Shown here: piece by piece, positions 28,301-46,800 of the stretch
How the letters are laid out: every line of letters starts with the position of its first letter
Position numbering within the stretch: position 1 is the stretch's first letter
Assembly (NCBI GenBank): GCA_003344405.1
Contig: NOWV01000010.1
Span: 1-64,000 of the forward strand
Direction of reading: 5' to 3'
DNA length: 64,000 nucleotides
Origin: Trichoplax sp. H2
Taxonomy: Eukaryota
The notes under the pieces: generated by a model
What the model was told of the DNA's origin: nothing
Database searches by the model: none
The model's input: only the letters and a program-made list of their open reading frames with translations
Position numbers and translations under genes: made by a program

Positions 28301-31300
28301 CATAGTTGGTGATCCTGACGCTGTCGTCGTTTTATTATATCAGACTGTTAATCCTTCCATAGAGCATAATTTGGAATAATTCGCATTCTGTGATATAATA
28401 ATATAGGATGGCATAACATCAAAGTATCTGATCTTAGCTCATAATTTTTGGGATCCAGAAAATTCTAAGTTATGGGTGTGGTCGGCCACTCTTAATCCTT
28501 AAAATAAGATATTATAAAGCTGCAAGAACTGCACTTAACACTGCTATATATGTTGATACTACTGATAGTAATGGATATTTCGCGAAAATATCTATCGTTA
28601 TTTTATTTACAACAAAGATTCTGAAAATCTTTGAAAACTCGTACATGGTTTTTTTAGCTTACAATGAAATTAATGGAAGGATAGAAGAATTAAATAGATA
28701 TCAAAGGTTTAAATTTCAGGCATTTTCTGCTATTTATTGCAATCGTCAAGAACTAGTCGGAGTCGTCACATTGAACTCATCTACGTGTTGAATGATATAA
28801 TGGAAATACTACATGGTTAAAACTCAAGCCGCAAATAATGAAAGAGATCATCATTATACCAAAGCGCTAAATGTTGTTCTGAAATTAGGCCTCTATTTTA
28901 GTATTCTCAATAAAATAGAATTTAAAATAATAAATTGTTTAAATGTCAAATTATTACTTTATCTAATGATTTTATTTTGTCTACAAGGTTATAAACAACT
29001 TTAAGAGAAAGATTTTACAGAAGGTGCGAGCTAAATGACGATGAAATGTAAGATAGAACCAATATTCCTATGGTTTATTGATGAATTCGTTTACTATTTT
29101 AATAACAAGGGCTACTTAATCATAATAGCGTTCCAGATATTGTTTCAAACTCACTAAATTTTGTCGGCATGACAAGAATTAAAAACAACGAATTGTATAT
29201 ATAAGCAGATCTATTTATTACGTAACAATAAAGATTTTATCGAATCGGCTATTGACAGTATTGATGCAAGCAGGAAGTAACATTTTATTTACATCTCCGT
29301 TTATCAATTGATTTTTTGTTATTATTTTGTGATGCGGAAGATATTGAAACAGCCTCTAGGTGATGATGTTAAATTTCCATTAGCGATGAAAACTGTTGAC
29401 ATCAAAGATAAGCAAATTTGGCAATCGTTAAAAATATGTATGATGTAGGTTTGTCATGAATTTTATAAAAACTAATTATTTATCATGTAGCGAGGTTATC
29501 ATAGCTATAAAACAACGTTGTATAAAGAGTGCCACAGTACCGTTATCATAATTATTATAAGAATAAAGATGATTTTTTTAATTTGTTGAAATACCTTAAA
29601 TATGTAGGCGTAGATTATTTTTAAGTCCCATAACTATTCATTGAGTTCTTGCATCTCCTGCGCTAATTGGTTCAGGATTTATAGCTATAATAACCAATAT
29701 TTCGTTTACTGCAATTAGGAATTATCTTTAATCGTAATTGCTGATGCCGTTTGGTGTTATCATTTATGCGAGTATGAACTTTCGAGGATATGCTGTACAA
29801 TATCTCGTATGTCTTAAAATTTTTGTATCTTAATACACTTTAGAACCTTCCATTTACGTCAATGAATTAACATTAAACAATTAGAAAGTTAACACTTCGT
29901 AATAAATTAAAATTTTTTTAAATTTATTCCCGTATGATGAAAATAATAAGTTATTTATTATTAAGTTCATGTTAGCAGTTGAACCCTTCAAACGAATTTT
30001 ATGGCATGCAGAATTCGTAAATTTCCTATAACCAATATAAAAGAAGAAATTGAAAAATTTGCGCAAGATGTGGCTTTTCTTTATGGTTTACAATGTATTG
30101 ATATTAAATTTAATATATTTTATTATACTTTCTAGTATTCTCTGGGCTTATCAGATAGTTTCGTCCGATTAATTAGGACTCTACCAGAATAATAATACTT
30201 ATTATACCATAAATTAATTTAAATATAAAGTGGTCAATTTCTGCTTTCATACGATACCATTGCACTTCTAACCGTTTGATATTGATACTAGACGAACCAT
30301 TCAAGTAATAAATCGTTTGCATCTTATAGGATATCAGGTTTAAAGTATTTATACATGCATCTGATTTCATACCTGACTCGTATAAATGCCGTTGAATATG
30401 AAATAAAATGATAAAATATATGGCGAAGTATGCGCTATTACATTGTCAATAAACAAAATTTGAACATTAGTTTATTAGCAAACGAAATTGAAGCTACACG
30501 TTATTGCAACGCTAACATACAGTAAAACTAATTATTATATGGCTATTTATCAATCACAGTATGGCATATTAATTGAAATTGTAGTCTGCACACGAGGAAA
30601 GAAATATAATAATGTGTACATATAGTTATCTAACATCGTTAAAATAAGATAAAATAGCTCTATTGTTATCAAAGTAGATTAACAGTTATGTTAATTATGT
30701 CATTCCTACTAGTTGGAGCTACTTAATTGACAAAAATAGATATGTCTGCGATTTCATTTCAGCCGCGGAGGCACTATTTTGTGAGTTAACTCCTTCTCTT
30801 AATTCACCTGTTTCAGTTTCTATAAAGCTATAAAGCAGATATTGAACATAAATAAAACAGATTTTACTCTTGCTACGCAGTAAATACTAGCCAATTGCTA
30901 GATTACGCTCATGTTGGATTATAACATCAGTGGTATTTATACGGCACCGCATTAGGAATTACAACATCATCGGTCATTGATCAACTAAAGCCGTGATTAA
31001 AATCGATTAGGAGAAAAACTGACGTTATTAACTAATATAATTCATCTTGAAATATTTTTAATTGCAGTATTACAAATTTCTTTTATTCTTTGAACATCAA
31101 TCTGCGATACATTGCTACCAATTGAGTGGAACAATAGCAATTCTAAATCTTGAGCTCTATCAAACTACAATATTGCAATGGAACATCTAACAAAAGATTC
31201 AGTAATGTGGAAGAATATTCGTATATCAATTTAAAATTAAGAGCACTTCACTAAGAATAAAACGATCGTATAGTGTAAGGTTAAGGACTTGGAAAGCGAG

Positions 31301-32113
31301 TAGAATGTGATGTTACAAAGCCTTGGCGTTATTTATTATTACACCCAGTAACATACTAACTCAGATAAAGGCATAACTTGAACGGTGACATTCCGATAAT
31401 TATTACCATTAAACGTAGTGTGCAATAGTTTCCATTAATTGAATAAATAAACAAAGTAAGAATGCCAAAAATAATGTCACAGAGTTAATGGCAAGGAGGT
31501 TTATTCTTCTCCAATCACTGTAAACTACCATTCAGAATGCAGCCTAAATATTAATCGTGTAATCAGCGACTATATTGTATTTTGTAGAGAATTTTAGAAA
31601 TTATAGTATATATTTTTTAGTTAATTCTTAATTGCTTGAATAATCAATGTTGTTCCACTTAAGTCATTCGAAAGAATACTGCGAATGGTTTTTAAATTTT
31701 ATTCTAATACATATTTAAGAGAACTAGAAGCCAAAGCTACTAATGCTAATATACTGCTTAGATATTAGACTAATAAATATCTTAATATATGTTTGTAGTA
31801 TAGCTTTGCGTCTATAGTAAATCAAGTTTATCCTTCTTTATCTAAAGACAAATATTATACATATGATATTGCAGAAAAAAACTTACATAGTGATTACGAA
31901 TTGAAGCTTAACAAGCAAGTTGACTACCTCTTATTCCAATATCAGTTTACTATACGATTTATAATTCAACTTATAACGTTAAAAATATGGCAGATAGCGT
32001 GACAGATGAGGTCTATAGGATTCCATTATTGTCTGCCTAGCTGTAATGTACAGTGCCATTATATAAATACTCTACAAATGGCGAATCGTTTTTGCAGAGT
32101 AGTGACAAATGCT

Positions 32114-35100
32114 TCACTGTAATCGCTTCATAATAACTTTGTTATATTCTGATAACAAGTCTTCTACACCTTTAGAAATGGGCTTATAGTCACCTTCCCT
32201 TGTTTTGCTTTCGATAACTATGCAGGTAGTTCGAGTTAAGGATTAAAGTTAAAATGAATGTAAGGAATATCAAAGTGAAAACATTCTTTGGATATTACGT
32301 TATATTTATTGCTATCTCTAGGATACATTCCTTCATCACAAAATTATTCTGCTCATAATGCTGCCACTTTCTTTCTAAGTTAGCAAGCTAAAGGAGATAA
32401 ACGAAAAGGTTGCGTTATGAAGTAATAAAAAAGATGATTTTTTTAAATATTGAAATCATGCATTATAATCATTGGTCTCAAATAAGGGCATTGTCTTACT
32501 TGTGAATGAGTTTCGTTGGCATTTAGTTCGTTCTTTTCAACTTCATACTGGTTATGTAACGATTCAATTACTACATTGCGATTACAGACAAAACATGAAA
32601 GACGGTATTCATGTAATGTATTCGTTCAAAAGATTTATTAGCTCTATTTCTGTTTTAGCTGACCTTTCTTGAATAAATCCTTTCTTTTCTTTAAATTTTC
32701 TTTTTCAGTATTTAGACGCTGAAACGTAAATATATAACCTTAAAAGAATGTAATGATCCTATATATATCTGATTAAAACTTAATTGAAACTAGTCTCAAT
32801 TACTATACTTTTCATAAACTAAAAATATAAACAGCAAATTTCATCCTAATAGATTATTCTTGCGTGGTTTTACCTTTCTTTTATCTTCGGCAGAATTTTT
32901 TAGCCCAGCAATATCTTTGTACTTCTCAAGTTCCTATTGTTCAAATGAGTAATCAAGTAATAATTAATAGAACCGCGGCCACTTTAAGAACGTAATATAT
33001 TATCAAAATTGATATAGTACGATACAGATTATAAAGATACAGACATCACACGCAAATATTATTTGCATAATCTTCGGATTACACTGAATGTTTATTACAG
33101 TATAATAAACACAAACTTATGGCCCCAGTTATGATAAAATTTTGACCGATATAGGTACGTAATTGATAAGAGAATTAATTTATCTAGCCAGTAATAAACC
33201 GTCTAAGATTGAATATAAACTCTTTGTAAAGGTATTTTGAGAACGAATCAGATATCGCTTTCATACGAGATATTTCAAAATTATTGGATATACTCCAGTA
33301 ATAAAAGCATAAATATGTCCTGGTGCAATACTACGTAGCTCTATGAACTTTTTTAAATCTCGTTATATTCTAAGTCGAAGTTCAGTCATGCAAAAAGTAG
33401 GAGCGATTAGAGATATTATGTAAAGGTCTTTATTGCAGATAATCTTAATAGATTAAATCAACACCTTGAGTAATTTTTTCGTTAAATTACAACTGAACAA
33501 AATCATAGAAATATAAGTAACAAACAGCTGATATGATTAAAATAGTGTTAATAAAGACATGTAGATAAATGACTTACTTCAATCATGGTCTTCTTTTTGT
33601 CCTTCAATGCCTTCAGCTCCGAAGTGATCTTATTCTCTAACTATTTAGATCAGAATTATTAGCATTTTACTTGAAAATACCAGCCTAATATTTTCCCTAT
33701 CAGGAATTAAAATAATCTTTTAATTTACCTGTTCGACTTTTGCTAAATCTAACTGTAATCTTGAGCTCTCTACATTAAAACAGAATAACAATCATCATAA
33801 ATTTCAAGTAAATCATGCTGTTAGTAATTCATCGAATTCTTGAAGATTTACCAGCGTCCAACCCTTTAACGGTTGATTGAGATTTCTGCATTTCGTACTC
33901 TTTGAAAGATAAATCTTCCTATTTATATTGAAGTGTATTAAACATTGTATCGGATTCATTTTAAAAATTATCTTAAAATACAACGATGGTGAGGACTGGG
34001 TTATGTCAAAGTTACTTACATTCATCTTTTGCATTTCTTCCTGAGTTGGCATGTGTTTGCTTCTGATCATATTCTAACGTTACAATCAGGGCAGCATTCG
34101 ATCATAGGAAGAAAAATTTCATAAAAGCTAATTTTTATTGTCATTGTAACATCTATAAAGATTAATGATTTGCTCAATCTGAAACTTACGCGGCTAATCC
34201 TTTCCAATAATGCGACATTTTTAAGTTCCATTTGATTATTATTTTCCTGTGAAGTAAATGTTGACGACATTAGAACATTTAAGGTTAAAGACACCATAAT
34301 TTAAACTGCTGCATCTCTTACAATTTCTGTAGCCTTAGTTTCTTCAAATTTTTCAAGAAATTCTTTAAAATAACATAAGAATAAGTTTAATATTCGAAAA
34401 TTTCGGCGGTGATACAATATTCTACTATATTAAAATGTGAGACAAGTTTGTTATAGTGGAATAGCTTAAAGCTGTACTACTTGCTACTTCCAAGAGAGAA
34501 CGTCATAACCCACTGCCAGTCAATACTAACGACTTACTCGTTTTCGATCACAGCACCTCGATTATAGCGCAAATATTCTATTACTGTTAGTACTCGATAA
34601 CAGATTGCACTAAGTAGTTTAACTCTTAAAAGGTATATTATAGCAACTGGAGTTAATAAACTGACTCTGTAAACTGTTAAGTTTTTGATATTACGTCAAT
34701 GCAACATTAGTAGTTCAAAACGACCTCAAGTACCGTACTGTACTAAAAACGAAGTGATCATGTATTGTTAAGAATGGAGGCGTTGCTACAGTAAACTAAA
34801 GGGTATTGTCCTTAATCATTTGTAAACTAGCTTTTGTAACAGTAAAATGCTGGTGCATATGTAGTTATAATTACCTTTAATTTACGTATGTTACAACGAA
34901 TTATATTTTATACGGACATCCATAGCTGTAGAGTAGTGGATGTAAACTCGCAAAATTAATATATCAACTGAATAAAGTAATAATACGTCCTAAGATATTT
35001 AAAATTTATTGATCTTCTAATCTTAGCTATTCTTTATCTAAGATATTAAGTATTAAATCATTACTACAAACCATCCATTGCCGCTTCGCGTTTCTTTAAT

Positions 35101-38100
35101 TCTTGAAGTTTGATATTTTGTTCCCCTAATTATATTTAGATGCATTATCGTTATGTAAGTTTTTACTTAAAAGGATGCATAGGAAAGTGATAGGATTTAC
35201 CAGAATTACAAAGTTACTAACCTTGAGATTCTTCCAATTCACCATCTAATTGTTGTATTTGTGCAGTAGTATTTTCTATACTGTTTTCGATTTCTGTAAG
35301 CCTGTACCCAGAAGTAAAATTATTTTCGAAAGTTACTTAATGACTAAAAGTACTCTATGAATCCTTTTGGCTTGCAACTGTTAGTAATTACAAATGCTAC
35401 CGCTGATGCATCAGCAAAGTGGAAGAAAATGTTATTAATGCAATATTACTTTACCGAAACATACAGTTGACATGATAACTAGAAGTTGCGGCGTGTGAGT
35501 ACTATGCGTTATATGTGATCAATTATACAGCATTTTGTTATACAATTTACAATTTAATAAAGGATAATATAATTTATAAACCAGCAGAAATATTGCTGAT
35601 GACAGGTTATGATATGGAAGAAGCCGTAACGACACAATTGCGTGAGGTAGTAGATATAAAACTTAAGACGTCACACTTATACAAATAGATCAGACTGAGT
35701 ATGAGTATAAATTGTCACACAGATTGTATTTTTTATGCTTTAATAATGAGAATTAACAAGTAAAGAGGGAAGCGATTAAACTATAGAATTACTTTTTTTC
35801 CATTCTTGCCGATTCTTGACTATTCTCTTTAACCTAAAATGTAAAATTAAGTTTTATGTAATGTAAGATAAATAAATAATCAATTGCATTAATCTATGAG
35901 TAGTATACCTAAAAGTATTTAATAGCAAGATTTGTACTTTATAATTATCTACTAGAATCCTGTATCAATAAATCGATAATACTTACATAGATATTTGCAT
36001 ATTATACAAACGATAGCGGTCAAAAGACTTAACTACGGGTACCTGTTTCAGTAGGCGCTCGCGTTCTTCCATTGGAGTTCCCTTAGATTCATTGTGCATT
36101 TCATCCTGTAAACTTTGACGTTTATCTTCCAACTCACGGAGTTGTTGGTGTAAATTAACTGTTAGGTAAACATAAAAACAACGCAAAAATAAATTAATAT
36201 CTGATAATGCTCCTTAGAGTTATACTGGAACTTACACCTGTGACTAAATAATGAAATACGATATCGCTACCTGCTTCTTGCTTAATTGGCGAAGAGCTTA
36301 GTTCCTTGATAAATGATAAGAAAAATAGTGAATAAATAATCAAACAAATACACAAGCACTAAACTGCAATAATTTTCAAATATGTGAAGCTAAACTGAAA
36401 TGTTATGTATCTGAACAAATAAAACCTCTTCCATATTTTGAATTTTCATATGTAACATATCAGATTCAGATTGTTGCGATTCTAAGCGCTTAAATATGAA
36501 ACAATTATTAATTAGATTTTTTTTCTTCGTATACAATATTCATTCTTGTTACAGAATCATATAAAATTCCGTACTTGCTGAAGTTCAGCGTTTAGATTCT
36601 TCAACTTCACATACTTTGCTTTTTGAGTGTTATCCTAAAATGATCAATCAAAAATTATAAATTATCCACTTGATACATATGACAAAGCAAATAGGACCAT
36701 GGGTATGATTGTATAAAAATCTTTTATACCATGTCAGCGACAAGATTGTCAGCTAAACGTCGTTCTTGCTCAATATCCGCCTCGAGACCTCGAATCTGCT
36801 CCTCAATTCTATTAAGTAATGGCAGGAATATTTGTAAAAATTTTTACTGTCTTTAGTTACTGAGCAAAGAAGCAAGCGAAGGTAGATTACATAAATTGCT
36901 AGCTAAAAGTACTACTTTGATCTCGTGGTAAAGATTTCGTCAATTTTTCTAGCTTCTCTGTTGTTTTTTACTTGTACCTGATCGGTTTACAAAATTTATG
37001 AAATTATCATTAATCAATAACAGAATTTGTCATCGTTAGTTAAATGAAATAACGTTGGCATACTGATCTTGTATTTTCTATTATAACTTCCATTCCGGTA
37101 TCAGTGGTGACTTTATCAAGTAGCTAAGGTCATTTGAAAAAGACAATAAATATATTCAGCGTATTAAATTCTTAAATGGGTCAGATTTTTCCTGTAATTA
37201 AAATTTGCTATGATTTACAGTATTGTAGTCTCCTAAATTTCCTTGAAGTTCCTTAATTTCATTCGCCAATTGCTCAGCTCTAATAAAGAAGCGCATTAAT
37301 TTCATAAGTTTTAGCTCTTTCATAAGATATAATTGGCGATCGTCATCGTATACATACTTCTTTTCGTATGTGATATACGTCGAGCTATCTTGATTCATTT
37401 GGTCGATTTCTCTGGATAGCTTGATATTTTCGGTATTCAATTCTGCAATTTTTGCTCTGTAATCATGGTAAATTTGAACATATTCTCAATGTATAATTTT
37501 CAATACGATGTAATGATAATTAACATTTAGATTATAATCTTACCTCAATACGCCTAAGTAATAGGTTTTGTCTTGTACTTGCCTCTGCGGACCTAGAAAG
37601 AACCAGTAAAAATTATCAACTAAAAACTGATATCATAAAACAAGTACAATTTAGGATAAGCTATAACAAGTCTAAGCAGTTCATACGATAGTATGACAGT
37701 ATAAATTAATTATGTGAACATACACGCACCTTTTGACGCAGTTTTCATTCCGGATAATCCATGTTGTGTCATAGGGCGATCATGTACCGTAATCTGTGAG
37801 GATAAAACTGTTGGCCACGTTAAAAAATTAGTCGCAATACGTATTCAAGATGTAATGTTAGTGACATACTGTATAATAGAGCTTTTTCAAGAGTAATGAG
37901 ACTATTATTGAATTATTACCTCCTCCTCCTAATCCACCTGCTCTAGATCCAGGTCTGACAGATGCAGTCCCTCCATTCTGCTAGTTTAATGCAGTTATAT
38001 TCCAGAATTACTAATTAAATTATTTGTTCATCCGTAATCAATCTAGTTATATAATATAACCATATCATTTAATTGTTTACCGCTCCTAGAATAAGAATAA

Positions 38101-38599
38101 GTGAAAGTTCATTAAGATAATGTACAGCATGATGAAATTTAATCATACAAGAAGTAGATACTAAAACTTTTCTTCAATTTTTATCAGAAAATATAATAAA
38201 AGCACAAATATCGTGAAATTTACCTGTCTGAAGACGTCGGGCGCTCGCTATGAACATGAAATTATAAAAAATTTTAAGTCGCATTAGTATTGAGTTTACT
38301 AAAATATATTTAAAATCTAGCACTCTGCAGCTTAAAATCTATCTATAGTGATAAACACTAAGATTTACGATCAGAAATAATATTATCCTAAAGTGACAAG
38401 GTAAATTGCTATTCTTATCTGAAAAGGACTGGTGACTGTTAGTACAAATAGAAACTGACAATATAAGATAATGATTAGCTAGTCCTAGCTAATACGAAAC
38501 AGATTTTGAGATTCATTAGTATGACATACCACTGCCAACTCTGTCCGATCGGCTACTAGGCCGGTTAGATTGCGACGGATGAAGCGTATTTTTTGACAT
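32114..38599 (-). CDS. IFT74: Intraflagellar transport protein 74, many small exons
   Basis: Spliced translation gives [126 protein letters not shown], matching remembered IFT74 motifs; ATG at 38599, TGA at 32116-32114. Confidence 0.93.
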
Positions 38600-40095
38600 T
38601 CTAAGTAATGTAGATGTTAAAGTAAAAGTTACTTTTTGATTGCAATTACGAGAATCAAAGATGATTTAGCTAAACAGATGGGTGATGACCAAAAGTTTAG
38701 TATTTCAGATATCGTTACAAATTCAGGGTACGATTATAATTCAAATACGTTGAACTTCACTATTTTAAACGTAAGTAGACTAGTACCATCATTGCAGATA
38801 CGTTATTTACTGCATGGAGATGTTGCTTGTATCAAAATATTTAAATGACTGCTTACCATAGTACGATTTATTGATAAATTCGTTATTAGATATGATCTTA
38901 CAGTATTAATGGGAAGTATCCTCAGTTAAAGTGTGAAAAAATTACTTACTGATCGGCAAAATTGATGGTTTTATTACAAGAAGTCTCCTAAGTATGTTCT
39001 CGTTTACGTTTTCTAAAATTCGGGTATCGAATCTCTGTAACTTAATTTTTGATAAATCATATTTAGAATTATGCTATCACATAATATAATTACAACGATT
39101 ATATTCTTTCCATTTACTATGCTAAACTTCGGAAAACAGATAATGAAAATGAATATCACTAAATTATCCATTCTTAATGCAAGTAGATCAAGATTGGAGG
39201 TTAATCTCTACTGATAGTATTTCAAGAAGTGCTAGAATTTCATTTAACGGCTGAACTCTTCTGAAGCGCTACACGGATATGAATACTGGTTACGTACAAG
39301 GGCATGAAATAGACATTATAAAAGTATCGAGTCAAAAAATTTCAGAATACCTCGGTAAGATGGCGAATATTTTAAAAGAATCGATAAGATACGTGGTGAA
39401 GTTCGTATGAAGTTCTTGTATCCATAACAACAAGATTTACTGCCAGCAACCGTACGAGTATACTGTACAGTTGTACACAACAGTACTGTATACTGTACTG
39501 TACCATGGGACTACTGTATACTGTACAGTACATGTAGATGAATGTCATACTGTATTGTACGGTACTGTACAGTACAGTATTTACCGAACTTCGTATGAAC
39601 AGACATACAGTACTGTACTGTACAGTGTACAGTACACTAAATGTACAGAACAGTACTGTACTGTACAGTACTACTGAATTGCCCATTTAGTGGAGATTCT
39701 GTACCGTACAGTGTACTGTACAGTACATGTTACTGTAATACTACAGTACTGTACACTGTACAGTACAGTACATTTCATTTTTAACTTGACCTTTCAGAAT
39801 TACCGTACAAAACCCTAGTCTAGACATCAATTTAAAACCAACAAATACAGCGCTGTAACTCAATTGTACTGTGCTGTATAGTAGACCATCAAATATCAAA
39901 ACTATCTCCATCTTTGCTTACCCTCCTTCGTGTGATAGATATTTCGACTATTTTATACAACGATAATTAATACTTAAAAATATTGTCGATTATACAGTAC
40001 ATGTCGGTTAGGTAAGCTACATTTATTTAACTTAATTAAAAGTACTGCAGGTATCTAACTTTCTGATCTTGAAAGTGGATTTCTCCGTTTGCAGG
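38600..40095. promoter_or_regulatory. Probable bidirectional promoter region of IFT74/GCDH
   Basis: Head-to-head ATGs ~1.5 kb apart; a 5'UTR intron is suggested before the GCDH ATG (ttag|gtaag ~40011; tttgcag|GATG at 40094). Transcription start sites are not determined. Confidence 0.5.
39450..39773. repeat. Degenerate TACAG/CTGTA pentamer-rich simple repeat in mixed orientations, between the divergent IFT74 and GCDH starts
   Basis: Dense runs such as tactgtacagtacagta, cagtactgtactgtacagtgtacagtac and tacagtactgtacactgtacagtacagtac. Confidence 0.85.
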
Positions 40096-43857
<3,762 letters not shown>

Positions 43858-46800
43858 TCATACGTTAAACACTCTATAAGCAACATGCTTTATCTCTGCT
43901 GTGTAATAAATATGGGTTCTGGTTCGTTTTAAAAGCAACTTGAGGAACACATTTTGGATACGGTCATTATAATTGTGAATGGCATAGTATGACATTTACT
44001 ATTATTTAGTAGATATAGAAGATGCTTCGACTTTTAACGCAACATAAGTAATCTCAAGCAAACTTAAATACGCATTCCAAATAAAGTTTATATGTAACGT
44101 CTACTAATGCTTGTGACTGGCTTTGATTACTGACAGGGTACTTCATGTCGTGTTAAATTTTTCTACGCGTTTCGATATTCTGTGAAGCTCACGCTTTACA
44201 GCAAAGCCATATAGTTATACATGATAGTGCTTATTTTGAAGAAATTACAATCGTTTAGAATGTAGCATTTAAAATCTTGTCACCTACGCTATGGAGCTTC
44301 AGTAAGAAATAATCACCAATCACTTATCGAATCAGAATGAAATATTGAGTTATTTACTCGGAAAAGCTTACGAAAATGGTAGTAATTCTCTACACAAATA
44401 ATATGCGAAATCGTAATCACTATCATACTCGGTAAAACTCTCGTACAGTAAGTATGCAATGCACTGCATGTACCGTACAGTACAGCATGCAGAATCACTA
44501 TACTAACTGATGATATTGTAAAGTGGACGCTCAGCTGTAAATGTAACTACATATTAGAATTCTGTTTTGAAACTTTCCATGAATGTATATTTACATCAAT
44601 GGCCTGTGGTATCTCATTCTTCTTAGTCATTCTCTACTGCGAAAATTTGCCATATTTTATATTTATAATCATTTTTTATACATTGCGATAGTCTTGCCTG
44701 GGATACAGTCTGTCGCAACTCTCTCAAGCAATATAAAGCTAAAGTATCGTACTGTACTCTCCTAATCGCTAAACTGCTTAGAACTTCCCTTCTAGAAAGA
44801 CTCAGAGATAAAATTCTTTGCATGACAAGTACAAGACTTAGGCTACGTCTTTATTCTAAAAATTTTATAGAAACAGCACACAACCAGCAATCTCTATCTT
44901 CATTGTGGCTTTATATACGAACTTAAATAAGATAAATATAATATAGGTCAAAAGTAGACATCCAATTAGAAGATATCAACTCAACTACATTACTGTAAAT
45001 ACGACAAATTTTAGCTCAGTTTAACCCTATTATTAACTCAAATGGTATAAGAAAATCATTAGGAATTAAAATAAAAACTTTTAGTATATGTTTAAGCTTG
45101 TCAGTTAATCTTACCTGAGTGGGCATTTAATCTAAACATTAACTAAACTGGTGTCCTTCACTAAAATGGTTACCAGCCTTGCTTATAAATTATGCAAAAT
45201 TACATTGCTGTACAATATCCTGAAATATGCGTATGATTACTGTAAACGGATCCTTTATCTAGATTTAGTTTACTAATGTTAGCTTGACCAGGTATTCTAT
45301 CATATACAAGTATTCTATAATTGTTGATTGTCAACAGATTTATCTATGATTAGGTAGCTAATTTATTAATTGATGCAAGAAAATCTAGGGTATAATCTTT
45401 CCGAGCTTGGATGAATATTTGCTTGATCAATTTCAATTGTTTTGAAGAATTAATTGTGTAAATGATAGCATATGCGAAAGAATATGAAAAGGTGGCATAG
45501 TCCGATAAATTAGCAGAAAGATAGAGAAATACGAGAGTTATAAAGTCTAACCACCATTCTGTAGCTAACAATGAGTTATTACGTGATTTCTTTGTTGCTA
45601 GTTTGATTGGTCGCAGTAGGAGAATCTGTTTTTATTTTTGCTTAATATTTTGAGTATTGATCCTTATTTTAACTATAGATTTGGCTTCTTTCAAATAAGT
45701 TTGACAACTATTACTGTCTTACAATGAATAACGATAGCCATTCCCCATTTAATTTATTCTAGCTTAAATCATGACTTCACAAAATGTACAATGGCTTTTA
45801 ATTCCATTCTACTCATAGAATTTGTTAGATTCTTACTAAAGAGAGTCCAAAATATATTGTACCTTTACGTAGAATCTAAAAAATGCTTATAAATTTTACC
45901 AGGCTCACTTTGTTAGTAGTATTATGTTCTGGTAATACCTAATATCAGTTGCTACATGCATGCTGCTGCTTATTTGCTCTAGGTGTACCTTTAAACCCAG
46001 AATATTAAAGTTCTTATTAGTTACATTATTGTGATGTACTGTATGTGTTGTATCCGAGTGTTGCGATAATGTGGTTTAGATTGAGTCAATACAAGTAAAT
46101 ATATACAGTATACAGTATATAGCGTATAGCATTGTATTAGAATGTCGATAATGTATTACGGTGATGTTATGGAATGAAGCTAATTGCAACAACGGGAAGG
46201 ATTACCATACAAACCAATATATCCGCGCAAATCTTTAAGCAGTGCATGGGTATTGTTGTTTTAGTGAGTTGCTAAAATTTCTTCAGCACCAAGTAGTTCT
46301 AGATTAACCTAGATTTAGTATGAATGGTAAGTTCTATGCAGTTCTTCATCGCATGCCTCTTATTTATCTCGATATCTATCTTTCTTGAATTAATGATATA
46401 CTGTACGTACTACAATTGATATTTCAATTAGTTGCTATCATTTTTGAATTCCGAGTCATGCGTCATCTTCAGTTTTTTTGATAGAGCTTTTAAGATATTG
46501 ATGATCATAATTTATACATTGAACAATTACAACGTGAAGTACTCTTTAACTTAAAAGAATCTTTCATAACTTTCAAAAAATACTTTCAATGAGCAACTAC
46601 AGGTTTATTAGCAGGCGGTACTAATTAAATGATTCTAGAAAATACTATAGCAGGAAGACGAAAGATGAAGGATATGCTGGTTGTTACATTTATGATTACG
46701 ATAATAAAGATATAATATTATTTGCTGTAGTTAATAACGTGCTTTATAAAACAGTATCGTAATATTATGTAAAATGATTCTTGGTCTTTGTCAGCTGCGA

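Noticed and set aside
39372-39686. Overlapping Y/C/T/V/S-rich ORFs on both strands
   Set aside because: They are translations of the TACAG/CTGTA simple repeat.
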